64,000 nucleotides of DNA from Candidatus Marinacidobacterales bacterium (GCA_965224085.1 CBDCYI010000005.1:544001-608000), one strand, 5' to 3'; counted from the stretch's first letter, positions 20,010-30,835 are shown. The notes: a model not told the origin generated them from the sequence alone. Program-made: numbers and translations.

Positions 20010-21995
20010 CTAACGCGGCGCCCCTTCAATCCGCCCAGCCCCCTCGTCTACAAGGCTCTGATACCCCACATCCCCAAGGCTCCGATAAAGAGCAAGCGCC
20101 TCTCGACGCGCGCCCTGCTCTTCGAGAGCGCGCGCCCTGTTGTAAACGAGGTCAGAAGCATCATACGGCGCAACCGGATCGATGTTTCCCAACGCCTCTT
20201 CGAACGCGGCCATCGCACCCGCGAAATCGCGCTGTTCGAAAAGCTGAAGGCCGCGCTCAAGGGCGGTGTCTTCATGCTCCAAAAGAACATTTCTTCTGAA
20301 ATAAACGGGCCCGCCCGGGAAGGGATCGACAAGGGCGCTCCTGACTTCGACGAGCTCGCCATCGAGGACGGCCGCCGCACAATTTTCGTACACGACCTCA
20401 CCGCCGCGCACGAGACGGAGCCCGCTGCAGTCCTCTCCGGCGGCGTAGTAAAAAGCAGCGTCATCGCCCACCGCTTCGACACCGCGAGGAACGTCATCCT
20501 CCGGAGCGAGAAAGACGAGCTTCAAATCGTGACCATCATCCTCGAGCACGAAATTGAAGTGACGCAACCCATCGCTCGTTTGAAACGGTCGCTGCATCAG
20601 AACCTGTCGCGGATCGCTCTCGATGACGTGCACGAAGGAAAAGCCTCGAGCTGGCGGGGCCGTGCGGCGTACGTTCGCGTCGATCTTCCGGACCTCTTCG
20701 AGAAGACGATCACCGATATCGGTCCCGAGAAGTGCGAGCGTCCGGGTCTTCGAAGCGCTGGCGCCTTCGAGTTTAGAGAGGGCGGCCATGACTTCGAAGC
20801 CTACGTCGCGGCTTCGCGACCCGCGCGCAACGCGCTGGGCCAATCGCCGCAGCTGTTCGTAAAGATCGTCGAGTGGCGCGGGTCCCGCCTCGAGCTTCTC
20901 GATCTGGTCGATCCATTCGTACAGCGCGCGCTGCTCGTTGACTTGCCGCTCGAGCGTCACGATAGGAACACTCGCGTGCTCCGGTCTCTCCTCGGTCGGC
21001 AGGTCCGGATCATCGAGGAAGTGAAAGATCGCTTCCACGCGCCGGCGGATCTCGCTCGCGCGAAGATCCGGATACATGGGAATGCGGATCTGCGTGATCC
21101 CGCCGCGAGCGACGACGCGAAGCTCGCCATCCCCGTAAAACCCAACGCTCGGCGGCAACCCCGCGAGACGCCCAACGCCCACCGGGATCGCAAGCAGACG
21201 AACGATGCGCCGAGCGATCGGAAGCTCCGATTCTGGAACGAAAGCAGCGACAAAGAAAGGCGCGTCACGCTTCCTAGCTTCCGTGACGGGGACCATGAGA
21301 CCATCGAGCTGCTCGCTGCAATAACCGCAGGCGTCCACAGGAACGTAGACGACAAGACGCCCTCCGAGCTTGTAGAGCTCGCCTGTGTTCAAATTTCCCG
21401 CATCGGTCACGACTTGGAACGAGGGGAAAGCGCCCGGAAGCAGCTCGATGTCGGGGAACTTACTCTGAAGCTCGGGAAAACGCCGCGCGTCGAGGCTCGC
21501 TTTGAGCGCATTGCGCGAGCGGAACAACCCCGACTCGAGGAGTCTTGCTTCGAGGCCGATGCGGTCCGCTTCCGGACTCAGATAAGCATCGAGCACAAGC
21601 GCGACGCGCTCGGCCCCGTCCAAGTCTTCGTCGTCCGCCATCAAAAGAAAAATCTCGGGGTCGAGTTTCATCTTCGCCGCGCGCCTATAGGCTTTGCGCG
21701 AAGCGCGCCATTCTTCCTGGGCGGCCAACGCGTCACCAAGGGTTCGAAAATAGGCCGCTCGCCGTTCACGATAGGTCTCGCGCGCCTCTAGAATCATGTC
21801 CTCGAACAAGAGGCCTTTGTCGGGACGCGATTCGAGCTCTAGCTCGGGGAGGAAGCTCAACGAAAGCGCGAGCGCCTCGCGCGCCTCGGCTTCAGCACCG
21901 GCTGCATCTGAAGCTTCGAGTTTCTGGCGCGCATTCTCATGTGCCGTATCGGCGCTGGCTTGAACGAGAAGCGCCAGAACGACGAGGGTATTCAC
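20010..21995 (-). CDS. Exported TPR protein with a thioredoxin-like CxxC region
   Basis: Signal peptide, TPR-like helices at both ends, VDACGYCSEQL. Confidence 0.6.
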   Translation of the reverse strand: MNTLVVLALLVQASADTAHENARQKLEASDAAGAEAEAREALALSLSFLPELELESRPDKGLLFEDMILEARETYRERRAAYFRTLGDALAAQEEWRASRKAYRRAAKMKLDPEIFLLMADDEDLDGAERVALVLDAYLSPEADRIGLEARLLESGLFRSRNALKASLDARRFPELQSKFPDIELLPGAFPSFQVVTDAGNLNTGELYKLGGRLVVYVPVDACGYCSEQLDGLMVPVTEARKRDAPFFVAAFVPESELPIARRIVRLLAIPVGVGRLAGLPPSVGFYGDGELRVVARGGITQIRIPMYPDLRASEIRRRVEAIFHFLDDPDLPTEERPEHASVPIVTLERQVNEQRALYEWIDQIEKLEAGPAPLDDLYEQLRRLAQRVARGSRSRDVGFEVMAALSKLEGASASKTRTLALLGTDIGDRLLEEVRKIDANVRRTAPPARGFSFVHVIESDPRQVLMQRPFQTSDGLRHFNFVLEDDGHDLKLVFLAPEDDVPRGVEAVGDDAAFYYAAGEDCSGLRLVRGGEVVYENCAAAVLDGELVEVRSALVDPFPGGPVYFRRNVLLEHEDTALERGLQLFEQRDFAGAMAAFEEALGNIDPVAPYDASDLVYNRARALEEQGARREALALYRSLGDVGYQSLVDEGAGRIEGAPR

Positions 21996-23173
21996 GCTTC
22001 CTCCAAAAGCTTCCCGAGACGCTCCGCGGCCGCGTCGAGCGTCTCCGTCTTCTTGCAGAACGTAAAGCGAAGCTTTTGAGCGCCGTCATCGGGAAGGTGG
22101 TAGAAGCTCGAACCTGGAACCGCGGCGACACCGACCTTCTCGATGAGATGACGGCCGAAGCCGACGTCATCGGGGAAGCCGAAGCCCGAGATGTCCGTCA
22201 TGATGTAATAAGCGCCTCCGGGCGGGTAACAACGAAAGCCCGCTTGCTCGAGGCTCTTCATGAGTATATCGCGCCGCACTTCGTAACCCTCGGCAAGCTG
22301 GTCGTAATACGAGGGCGGTAGACGGAGCGCCACCGCCGCTGCTTCTTGAAGCGGCGCGGCGGCGCCTACGGTGAGAAAGTCGTGCACTTTGCGGATCGCG
22401 CTCGAGAGCTCCTCGGAGGCGACCGCCCATCCGACGCGCCAGCCCGTCACGGAATAGGTCTTCGACAGGCTGTTGATGGTGACGGTGCGATCGGCCATCC
22501 CGTCGAGCGACGCCAACGGAACATGCCTAACACCTCCGTAAACGATGTATTCGTAAATCTCGTCTGTGATTGCGATGACATCCCATTTCTGACAGAGCGC
22601 CGCGATCGCCTCGAGCTCACCCCGCGTATAGACCTTGCCGGTAGGGTTGTTCGGCGTATTGATGATGATCGCGCGGGTTTTGTCGTTGAAGGCTTTTTCG
22701 AGCTCGTCTGCGTCGACGTGCCAATCCGGCTCGTGAAGCTTGACGTAGCGCGGGACCGCGCCGGAGAGGATCGCGTCCGGGCCATAGTTCTCGTAATACG
22801 GCTCGAACACGATGACCTCGTCACCGGGATCGACGACCGCGAGCATCGTCGACATCATCGCTTCGGTCGAACCGCAAGTAACCGTCAGATGAAGCTCCGG
22901 ATCCACGTCCATCGCGTAGACGTCGCGATAGCGGTCCGCGAGCGCGTCACGAAACGATTTCGCCCCCCATGTAATCGCGTATTGGTTGACGTCGCGCCGC
23001 ACGGCATCGACGGCGGCCTCTTTGATCTCGGACGGCGCGGCAAAGTCCGGAAAGCCTTGCGCGAGATTGATGGCATCGTGCTTCGCCGCCAGCCGGCTCA
23101 TTTCTCGAATGACCGACTCGGTGAATTGAAGGGCTTTTCGGGAAGCTAGCGGACGGGTTTGGGACTCGGGCAT
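21992..23173 (-). CDS. PLP-dependent aminotransferase class I/II (YbdL-like)
   Basis: INLAQGFPDF, NTPNNPTG, DEIYE, SLSKTYSVTGWRVG. Confidence 0.93.
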   Translation of the reverse strand: MPESQTRPLASRKALQFTESVIREMSRLAAKHDAINLAQGFPDFAAPSEIKEAAVDAVRRDVNQYAITWGAKSFRDALADRYRDVYAMDVDPELHLTVTCGSTEAMMSTMLAVVDPGDEVIVFEPYYENYGPDAILSGAVPRYVKLHEPDWHVDADELEKAFNDKTRAIIINTPNNPTGKVYTRGELEAIAALCQKWDVIAITDEIYEYIVYGGVRHVPLASLDGMADRTVTINSLSKTYSVTGWRVGWAVASEELSSAIRKVHDFLTVGAAAPLQEAAAVALRLPPSYYDQLAEGYEVRRDILMKSLEQAGFRCYPPGGAYYIMTDISGFGFPDDVGFGRHLIEKVGVAAVPGSSFYHLPDDGAQKLRFTFCKKTETLDAAAERLGKLLEEA

Positions 23174-23215
23174 GGCTTTATCGTTACCTCGGAGCGGTGG
23201 AAAGAACGAAGGATT

Positions 23216-25499
23216 TCAGGGCGCCGCGGCCGCGGCGACGTCCACCCCACCGTAGAGGCGACGATACAGCATCTCGTTTCGGAGCACCAGCTTGACGTAT
23301 TTGCGCGTCTCGTCGAAAGGAATTTCTTCGATGAAGACCTCAGGGTCGATGGACATATCCATCCCGGTCCAGCGCTTCACGCGATGAGGGCCCGCGTTGT
23401 AGCTCGCGAGCGCGTAGTCCACACGCCCGTTGAAGCGGCCGAGAACGTCTTTCAAATAGCGCGTACCGTAGCGGATGTTGATCTCTGGATTGTAGAGCTC
23501 CCGGGTGCTGTAGCGGCGGCGCTCCTGCCTCGCGACCTGGCGTCCGGTCGCTGGGATGAGCTGCATCAGGCCACGAGCTCCGGCGCGTGAGCGGACGCGA
23601 GGATTGAACGTCGATTCCTGGCGAATGAGCGCAGCTACGAGATAGGGGTCGAGACCGCGCGCGTTCGCGTAGTGGTCGATGTGTTCGCGATACAGAAGAG
23701 GATAGAAGAGCTCCCACACAGCACGCGGGAGCAAGTCGCCCGTCGCGGATGCGTGAAAAGGGAACGCCTCGCGTATCGTAATGATCGTTTGAAGCGGGCG
23801 TCCCTCGCTGTAGTGGATCCAGGCCGCCATCAGGAGAAAGGCCGCATCATCCCGCTGGCCCCGTTTACTATCGACTGCGGCCTCGGCATCCTCGAGCGCT
23901 CTTTTCGGAAGACCAACGGCCAGAAGCTCAGCGATCCGTTTCTGACGTTCGACGCGGTGAACGCTCATCGCGTCGGAAAGATCAATCCCTTTCCGCGCCT
24001 CCTCGATCGTCGCGATCGAGCTTTGCCGCCCCTTCATTTCAGAGAGATGCTCAAGCGCCCGCCGGCCATAGTAGGTATTCTGGTAGCCGAGCATGACCTG
24101 GCGGTACAACGCGTCCGCACGTTCGAACTCTCCGGCTTCCTGGTAAGCACGTCCAGCCCAGTAGAGAAGACGCGCGAGCTCGCCCGCCCGCGGCCGTTCG
24201 CGGCCGTTCGCGCGCGCTCTCTTCGAAGCCGCGTCCCGCCTCCTCGAAACGGCCACGACGGTAGGCGTGCCAGTGCACGCGCCATCGGGCGTCGAGCGTG
24301 TGCTCTCCCTGGGGGAACTGCTTTATGACCTGGTTGAAGCGGGTGAACGCTTCGTCGAGCTCGTCGTTCTCTTCGTAGTGGTCTGCGAGCCGCACCAAAG
24401 CCGCCGCCGTCCACTTGCTGTGGGGAAAGCGTCTCTCGAGCTCCGTGACACGCGCGAGTTGCGTCTTCTGGCGTCGAAGCCGCCGCGCGACTTGTGCTTG
24501 ATAGTAGAGCGCCTCGGGCGCGAGCTCGTCGCTCGTGACGCGCTTGAAGTTCGCAACCGACACGGTGAGCTGACGGCGTCGATACTGACTGACCCCCATG
24601 CGCAGCCGGACGAGATCGACATCGGCAACTTTGCGGTAGCGCTGCAGCAAGGACGCGTAGCCGTTATGGGCGTCGCGATAGCGCCCCTGCTCCATAAGAA
24701 TCCCGGCGCGTTTCATGCCGAGCTCGTAGTAACGAGCAGGCTCGACTTCGGGAAGTTTCTTACGAAGGCCCGTCAGGCGGCGTCCGCCATTATTCGCTCG
24801 ATTGTGCTGAGGGAGCTCGTAATAGAGCGTCTCGAGCACATCGACAGCGTCCTGGAACCGGCCGAGGCCGATGAAAAGATTCGATAACTCGTCGAGCGCG
24901 TCCCCGCGCGCCGCGTCATCGGTGCTTTGGGTCAACGATCCGAGCTTTCGAATGGCTTCCTCGCGCTCACCTTTGGCTTTTAAAATCCGGGCGTAACGAA
25001 GGCGCGCCTCGTCCATCAAAGGGAAATCCGGATGGGAAGCCTCGAGCGCAGCGATTGCTTTGAGCGCGTCCCCGGGCTTCGAGGCTTCGAGCTCTCGTGC
25101 TATGTAGAAGAGCGCGAAGCCTCCGAGCTCGGTGTCATCAATCTCCGGCGTGCGGAACGACTCCACAGCCGGAGCGATCCGCTTCCTCTCGAGCTGGTGG
25201 AGCCCCAAAGCAAAAGCGGCGAGACCGCGTGTGCGCGGGGACTGGCTTCGGTCGTTCGAGAGCTCTTCGAGCTGGGCGAACTTCTCATTGCGAGGCGTAT
25301 TACTTAATAATGTTGAGACTTGCCGCAGCGCCGGGGCCGGGTCACCCAACGGCGCCCACGGAAGCTCGCTTGGAGCCAGCGCCTCGGGCTGGGATGCGGG
25401 AGATGACGACGGGGACTGGGCGGCGAGCAGACCAAGAAGAACGATAGCGAACACGAGGAAGAAGACCGGAGCCAAGACCTTCCCCGACCCTAGATACAT
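23216..25499 (-). pseudogene. slt: TPR-containing soluble lytic transglycosylase, frameshifted
   Basis: C-terminal IRQESTF, ARGLMQL, ASYNAGP, ETRKYV; frame broken by tandem CGGCCGTTCG x2 at 24191-24210. Confidence 0.85.
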
Positions 25500-25642
25500 C
25501 GGATTTCCCCGCGTCCCTTTCTTTGTTTAGACGGCCGAATCCGCCGGCCTCCCGGAATTGTATTCTTTGATTGTAGCAAACGCGCGGTCAAAAGCCTCAA
25601 AAACAGGAGACGAAAACCGCTAAAGCGTGTCCGAATAGGCGC

Positions 25643-26906
25643 TTAGCCTGCTGCCAAGTCCTGCCCCATCGCTCCAGAGTCCCCATCAGCCAGGATGCGG
25701 ATGAGCTCGTCGTTGAAATAGGACGACTGAGAGCGGACAGGCTCGGGTACGCGTTCTTTGTAGAGCTGCCGGCTGCGCACCGTGCTGGGACCGCCCCTCT
25801 TGAACCTTCGTTTCGTTGTACAGCTTGATCTCGGAAACCAAAAGGCGCGCGAACCGCATGGCCTCTTCGTGCTTCGTGCGGGTATCCGAGTCCATCGAGT
25901 CCAAGTCGAGCGCCCCTGTGGCGGGAGGGGCGGCGGTCGGCTTTGGGGTGTCCGTCGCAGGGCTGACAGCAGCGAGATCCGCACTTTTGAACATGACTGT
26001 TCCGGATTCTCCGTCCTCTGTGTCGGGAACGTCGGACGCGGGAACCGCGGGCGGTTCAGTAATCGGCGGGGGTGATACCGGTGGCGCCGGCGGCGGCGGT
26101 GGGCGTGATACCGGTGGCGGCGGCGGCGGGGTCGCCGGTGGCGCCACATGCTCGCCGGTTTTCACAGCAGATTTCTGAGCGCTCAGAGCATCGAGAAGTT
26201 TCGAGGAATAAGCGGTGAGGATCTCGAGCGCTTCCGTCTCCCGGAGTGGGTTCGGACCATCACCGCTATCGGCATAGACGATCGCGGCGATACGATCATG
26301 CAAGACGAGGGGCGTGGCAAAGATGGACGAAGGCAACACGTTGCCGATACGCGAGAGCAGTTGGATATTGTCCGGGTGCTTGTTGCTCTCACCAACAAAA
26401 GACGAACGCGAGTTGATGACCTCGGTGAAAACCGTATCGGCCGTTGTCGGAACCGAGATGCGCTTGATGCCTTCATCGTCGAAGCCGGGACTGTCGTCGA
26501 AGCCGCGTCCGTTCCAACCAAAGCAAGAGCCCCCTTTGAGGATGAACAGCGCAACGCGCGGGGCGAACTGAGCAAGCTCTGCGAGAAGCAGCGTCAATAC
26601 CTCGGTCAGCGACGTGCCGTCGTCGATCTTCGTGAGCGACACGCGCACGCTTTTGAGCGAACTCCCTCCCCCGTCACCACCACTGCGGCCGCCGCCGGTC
26701 AAACTGGAGACCTCGCGCACAAAAGCGAGAATGCGTTCCTCGTCGATGTTCTCCTCGTACTTCGACATCTGATCTTGAAGAACATCGAGTTTCTTGAGGA
26801 GATCGTCTTGAAGACCGGAGACCTCCTCGCGGAGATCATTCGACCACGTCGACACGAGCGCGTGAAACACGGCTAGCGATTTGGCACGGAGTTGATCGTC
26901 ACTCAT
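25643..26906 (-). pseudogene. GAF-like domain protein with Pro-rich linker and C-terminal RFARLLVSEIKLYNE domain, frameshifted near 25780
   Basis: One frame reads to EGRSQH; another resumes RSRQLYKERV...YFNDELIRILADGD. Confidence 0.65.
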
Positions 26907-27065
26907 CGGGGGCTGTGGTGTAAGTCTTGCTAAGAGAGAGACATTGGCCGGCAACCGGCCCGAATACACTTATCCCTTAATCGGTAAACCATTATGTGTC
27001 CTACTTCCACATAAGTCAACACGAACAAAGACGTTGCCGTGTGCAAGCCGGCCCCGAGTCCCTCC

Positions 27066-27094
27066 TTGCCAGAAACTTGTGATCGGAGTAAAAT
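27066..27094 (+). promoter_or_regulatory. Sigma70-type promoter of tmRNA
   Basis: TTGCCA-17 bp-TAAAAT. Confidence 0.7.
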
Positions 27095-27115
27095 ACTTGT
27101 GAAGAAGAACTTGCA

Positions 27116-27465
27116 GGGGGCGCCCTGGGTTCGACGGAGATAATTGATTTCGAGGTGGCATGCCGAGCTCCCATCCCTCGTTAAACGGTGGGAAAACACA
27201 CAATTGCTGACCAAGAGTTAGCTTTAGCCGCGTAAGCCGGCTACGTTCTCCCGGGTTTCGCCCGCCGTGCTCGGGAAGAACGTCATTCAGGTGGGCTAGC
27301 CGGACATTCGCCCCGCGTGTCCAGCGAAACTTAGGGGATAACTTTCATCAGGTCCTTGCCGGCTCCTAACTGATTGGAAGTGAAGCTTAACGGGAACCGG
27401 ACACGCATGTAGAGGCCTCGGAAGAAGATCTTCGGACGCGGGTTCGATTCCCGCCGCCTCCACCA
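27116..27465 (+). ncRNA. ssrA: tmRNA, tag peptide ADQELALAA
   Basis: GGGGGCG...GGTTCGAC 5' end; GGTTCGATTCCCGCCGCCTCCACCA 3' end; GCT GAC CAA GAG TTA GCT TTA GCC GCG TAA. Confidence 0.97.
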
Positions 27466-27476
27466 TTTAAACTACT

Positions 27477-27693
27477 CTAGTTCCTCGTGTTAACTTTTTC
27501 ATCCAACCCCGTCTCCACAATGTCTCCAAAACGAGAACCGGTTTTTGGTTGCTCCAACAAACGAATCGCACCTTCCACCGCTGCCGGGCTCAAGTGCATG
27601 TAACGCTGCGTGGTCGTGATGTCTTTGTGACCGGCAAGCTCCTGAATCGCCCGAGTGGGTGCCCCGCGCATCGCGAGGTGCGAACAAAACGAA
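27477..27693 (-). pseudogene. Tyrosine integrase C-terminal stub (copy 1)
   Basis: [33 protein letters not shown]; broken in the His codon of LRH. Confidence 0.85.
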
Positions 27694-28019
27694 TTAATAG
27701 CGGTTTGCAGGAATCGAGCGAAGCACGGCGTTACGCGAGGCACGATGCTTGTAGAGCGAGCATTCGTGCAAACCGTAATTGAACTAAGCCGCCCAGCTAG
27801 CGGCAACTATGCATAAATTGGAGTGAGAAGACGGTCGGACAGGAAGTCGGAGTTGGACGTCAGGGAGTTGCGAATCGACAGAGATATGGCGGGGAAGATA
27901 GAAGAAGGGCCTACCCGGTGCGGTAACCACCACGGTAGCGTTATGAGTTCGCGACGAGACACACGAGTCCGTTTCAACGACCGGTCGGCGTTGTGAGAGG
28001 CGGAGCGAAAGCATCGTGA

Positions 28020-29267
28020 TCATGACTCATCTGGAGGGGAGCGGATCTGGAGGTTGATCCGTCGAAGCTTCGTGGAGAGAGGGCATCGGAGCATGCGACC
28101 TTTCTTGCAGCGGGGACAGATGGTGAGGTCGATGCCGGTGAGCTCCTTGAGCCGCTCGCGCCAGTCCTTGTCCTCGGTGGCACGCGAGCTGACTTGCACG
28201 TCGTCGGCGTCGGTCGTGGGTTTTGTTTTCTCATCGAGCAACTGGCGCGCGACTACGAGCTTGGTGGTCGCATTGGAGGAGGCCATTAAGCCGAAATGGC
28301 GAATCTTGACGAAACCTTTCGGCAGTACGTGCAGGAGGAAACGGCGGATAAATTCCTCTGGGGGGACGGTAACGGTATTACCATTCTTGGTGGCGAAGCA
28401 GACGCCGTAGTGGTCGATGCGAATGAGTCGGCGGTTGGAGATGCCGACCCGGTGGGTATATCGGCCGAGGTAGTTGAAAACCTGCTCTGGGCCACCGAAG
28501 GGTCGTTTGCTGTAAACGACCCAATCGATGCGGTAGAGCTTGTCTTTCAGCTCCCGGAAGCGAGGTGGGTTTCTGAGGTGGGAAGCGTTTGCGCTCAACT
28601 CAAGCTCATCTTGGTCGTAAGCGAGCCTAAGGGCATCGAGAAACTTGCTGCGAAAAAGCCGCGACATGGCCTTGACGGGAAACAGAAAGCGAGGGTTTGC
28701 GGCGTTCCACAGCTGCTGAGGGTGGTTGAGCCCGCCCCCGGAGACGATGCAATGCAGGTGTGGATGGAACAGGAGCTTCCGGGTCCAGGTGTGCAGTACG
28801 GCGGTGAAGGCAAGTTGAGCTTCGAGCCGGCTTTGGCCGAACTCCAATAGAGTTCGCGAGGCGGCGCGAAACAGGAGGTTGAACATGAACTTGGGATTGT
28901 CTCGGGCGAGAGGCTTGAGTTGCTGCGGGAGGGTGAAAACGACGTGGAAATAGTGAGTCGGAAGAATCCTCTGAGCTCGCTGCTCCATCCACTTCGCCTG
29001 GGCTAGGCTCTGACACTTGGGACAGTGCCGATTGCGGCACGAGTTAAACGAAGGCGCCGCGTATCCGCAAGCGTTACACACGTCGAGATGGCCACCTAGC
29101 ACCGCCGTGCGACAGTTCTCTATAGCCCACATCACCTTGCGCTGCTCGGCTGTCAGCGCATGGGTTTGGCGAAAGCGTGGACCATGTTCGCGGAAGATTT
29201 CCGCGATCTCGAGCAGTGGCCGTGGTGGTGACTCGACGCGGGAAGGACACAGCCCATGGGGCTGCAT
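28020..29267 (-). CDS. IS91-family (Y2 HUH) transposase
   Basis: SCRNRHCPKCQ, HVVFTLP, LHTW, HPHLH, YLGRY, RRFLLHVLPKGF.KIRHFG. Confidence 0.93.
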   Translation of the reverse strand: MQPHGLCPSRVESPPRPLLEIAEIFREHGPRFRQTHALTAEQRKVMWAIENCRTAVLGGHLDVCNACGYAAPSFNSCRNRHCPKCQSLAQAKWMEQRAQRILPTHYFHVVFTLPQQLKPLARDNPKFMFNLLFRAASRTLLEFGQSRLEAQLAFTAVLHTWTRKLLFHPHLHCIVSGGGLNHPQQLWNAANPRFLFPVKAMSRLFRSKFLDALRLAYDQDELELSANASHLRNPPRFRELKDKLYRIDWVVYSKRPFGGPEQVFNYLGRYTHRVGISNRRLIRIDHYGVCFATKNGNTVTVPPEEFIRRFLLHVLPKGFVKIRHFGLMASSNATTKLVVARQLLDEKTKPTTDADDVQVSSRATEDKDWRERLKELTGIDLTICPRCKKGRMLRCPLSTKLRRINLQIRSPPDES

Positions 29268-29273
29268 GATGAG

Positions 29274-30134
29274 CTAGCCGAGCTTTTTGCCCTTCTTCGT
29301 TCCCAGCAAATCGAGAGGGCTCTTGATGCGCCCCAAGTGCTTTGCTGTTACCTTTGTGTAACGGGCCGTGGTCTGGATGGAGGCATGACCGAGCAGTTGC
29401 TGCACGGTACGAATGTCTTCACCCAGTTCGAGCATATGTGTGGCAAAACCGTGGCGCAGCGAATGAGGAGTGATACGTTTGGTGAGCCCCGCCTCAGCCA
29501 CGGCCTTACGAAGAGCCCAGCGAACGCCATCGTCTGAGATGTGGGCACCAGGATTACGGCCGGGAAACAAGTACTCTCCGCGAGGGCGAGTGGTTTTCCA
29601 GTAGTAGCGCAGGAAGCTCAACAAACGTTCGCTGAGCGTGACATAGCGGGCCTTGGAGTTCTTGGCGTGACGAATGTGCAAGAGCATGCGTTTGGAGTCG
29701 ATGTCGGAGTGCTTCAGACAGCACACCTCGGAAACGCGCAGCCCGGCGCCGTAGGCGCTCATGAGAATCGCGCGGTGTTTGACGGAGTGAACGGAGTGAA
29801 GCAAACAATCGACCTCCTCGCCGCTCAAGATATCGGGTAACGTGCGAGGTTTCTTGGGCCAAGGAATCTTCGCCACCTCCTCCGGGCGGTTGAGTGTGGT
29901 TGCGTAGAGAAACTTGAGAGAGGCGACGTACATGTGGTGGCTGGCCGGAGAGGCCTTCTTCTCGTTAACGAGATGAATCAGATAATCGCGGGTCTCCGGC
30001 TCGCCCATCTCGGCGGGTGAGCGCATGTAATGTGCCGCGAAATGGCGCGCTCGCAGCAGATACTCCTCCTGCGTGGAGCGTGCGAACCCCTTCAGTTTCA
30101 TGTCGGCAAGCATTTTTTCGCTAAGGCATCCCAT
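29274..30134 (-). CDS. Tyrosine recombinase (integron-integrase-like SAM N-terminus)
   Basis: GLRVSE, HAKNSK, HSLRHGFATH, LGH, TARYT: full catalytic set. Confidence 0.93.
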   Translation of the reverse strand: MGCLSEKMLADMKLKGFARSTQEEYLLRARHFAAHYMRSPAEMGEPETRDYLIHLVNEKKASPASHHMYVASLKFLYATTLNRPEEVAKIPWPKKPRTLPDILSGEEVDCLLHSVHSVKHRAILMSAYGAGLRVSEVCCLKHSDIDSKRMLLHIRHAKNSKARYVTLSERLLSFLRYYWKTTRPRGEYLFPGRNPGAHISDDGVRWALRKAVAEAGLTKRITPHSLRHGFATHMLELGEDIRTVQQLLGHASIQTTARYTKVTAKHLGRIKSPLDLLGTKKGKKLG

Positions 30135-30412
30135 GATTATTCCTCCAGTGATTTAGCAGACGACGACCATCGCCGCCCGCGGGGGACAGGGATGATGCCA
30201 TGTGTGAGAGAGCGGTTCCGAGAAACGCAGGACTCGTTGTCCGGAGCGAAGATCGAACGAATGAAGACGACGGCGAAGCCGTCCTCCTTAATCCCTTCTG
30301 GCTCCCGTGGCCCGGAAAAACAAGGGAAACGGGTTAGAGGCGAGTGAGTTCACCGCGGCTGGCTTGCCGTGCAAAACCCGGAGTCCGGAGCCCCTGCCGG
30401 AGGCACCCGTCC

Positions 30413-30539
30413 GCCCATCGCCCATAGTGACTCGCATCATGGCGCGTAGGTCGTGTCCAGGGCGGCGCAGCCGGCGCGCGAAGCGCGCGAAACCCTTGAC
30501 ACGACCTGCGCGCCGTGATTCCCTGGAAGGGCGATGGGC
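30413..30539. repeat. Long nested inverted repeat
   Basis: 11-bp outer arms, 27-bp inner arms (24/27 match), GCGCGC-GAA-GCGCGC in the loop. Confidence 0.8.
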
Positions 30540-30672
30540 TGCGGCGAAAAAGGCGCAGGCAAAATGCCCCCAGTTTGGCTCACCAGTTCGGGAGAGCTTG
30601 CAGGTCCCGCCGCCGCGCGAGCGGCTTAGTTCAATGACGGCTATGCCGAATTCGGCATAGGCGACATAATGC

Positions 30673-30831
30673 ACTTCAGCGACGCTCTCGCTCCAGGCGG
30701 GAACGCCGGTGCACGTCGTCTCGCAGCGTCTCGGGCACAAGAAGACCGACATCACGAACGACATCTACGCGCACGCGCTTCCTTCGATGGGCCGGGACGC
30801 GGCCACGAAACTTTCGTCGCTCTTGAGGTGA
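30673..30831 (+). pseudogene. Tyrosine integrase C-terminal stub
   Basis: Manual translation TSATLSLQAGTPVHVVSQRLGHKKTDITNDIYAHALPSMGRDAATKLSSLLR*. Confidence 0.85.
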
Positions 30832-30835
30832 TTGG

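Larger units (their letters stand above)
27695..30670 (-). mobile_element. IS91-like element: tyrosine recombinase + Y2 HUH transposase with structured ends
   Basis: Two intact genes; inverted motif GCGGCTTAGTTCAAT at 27778-27792 (-) and 30621-30635 (+); terminal hairpins. Confidence 0.75.

Noticed and set aside
27695-27780. Integron attC site
   Set aside because: A hairpin is present but there are no clean RYYYAAC/GTTRRRY boxes or cassette array; better explained as an element end
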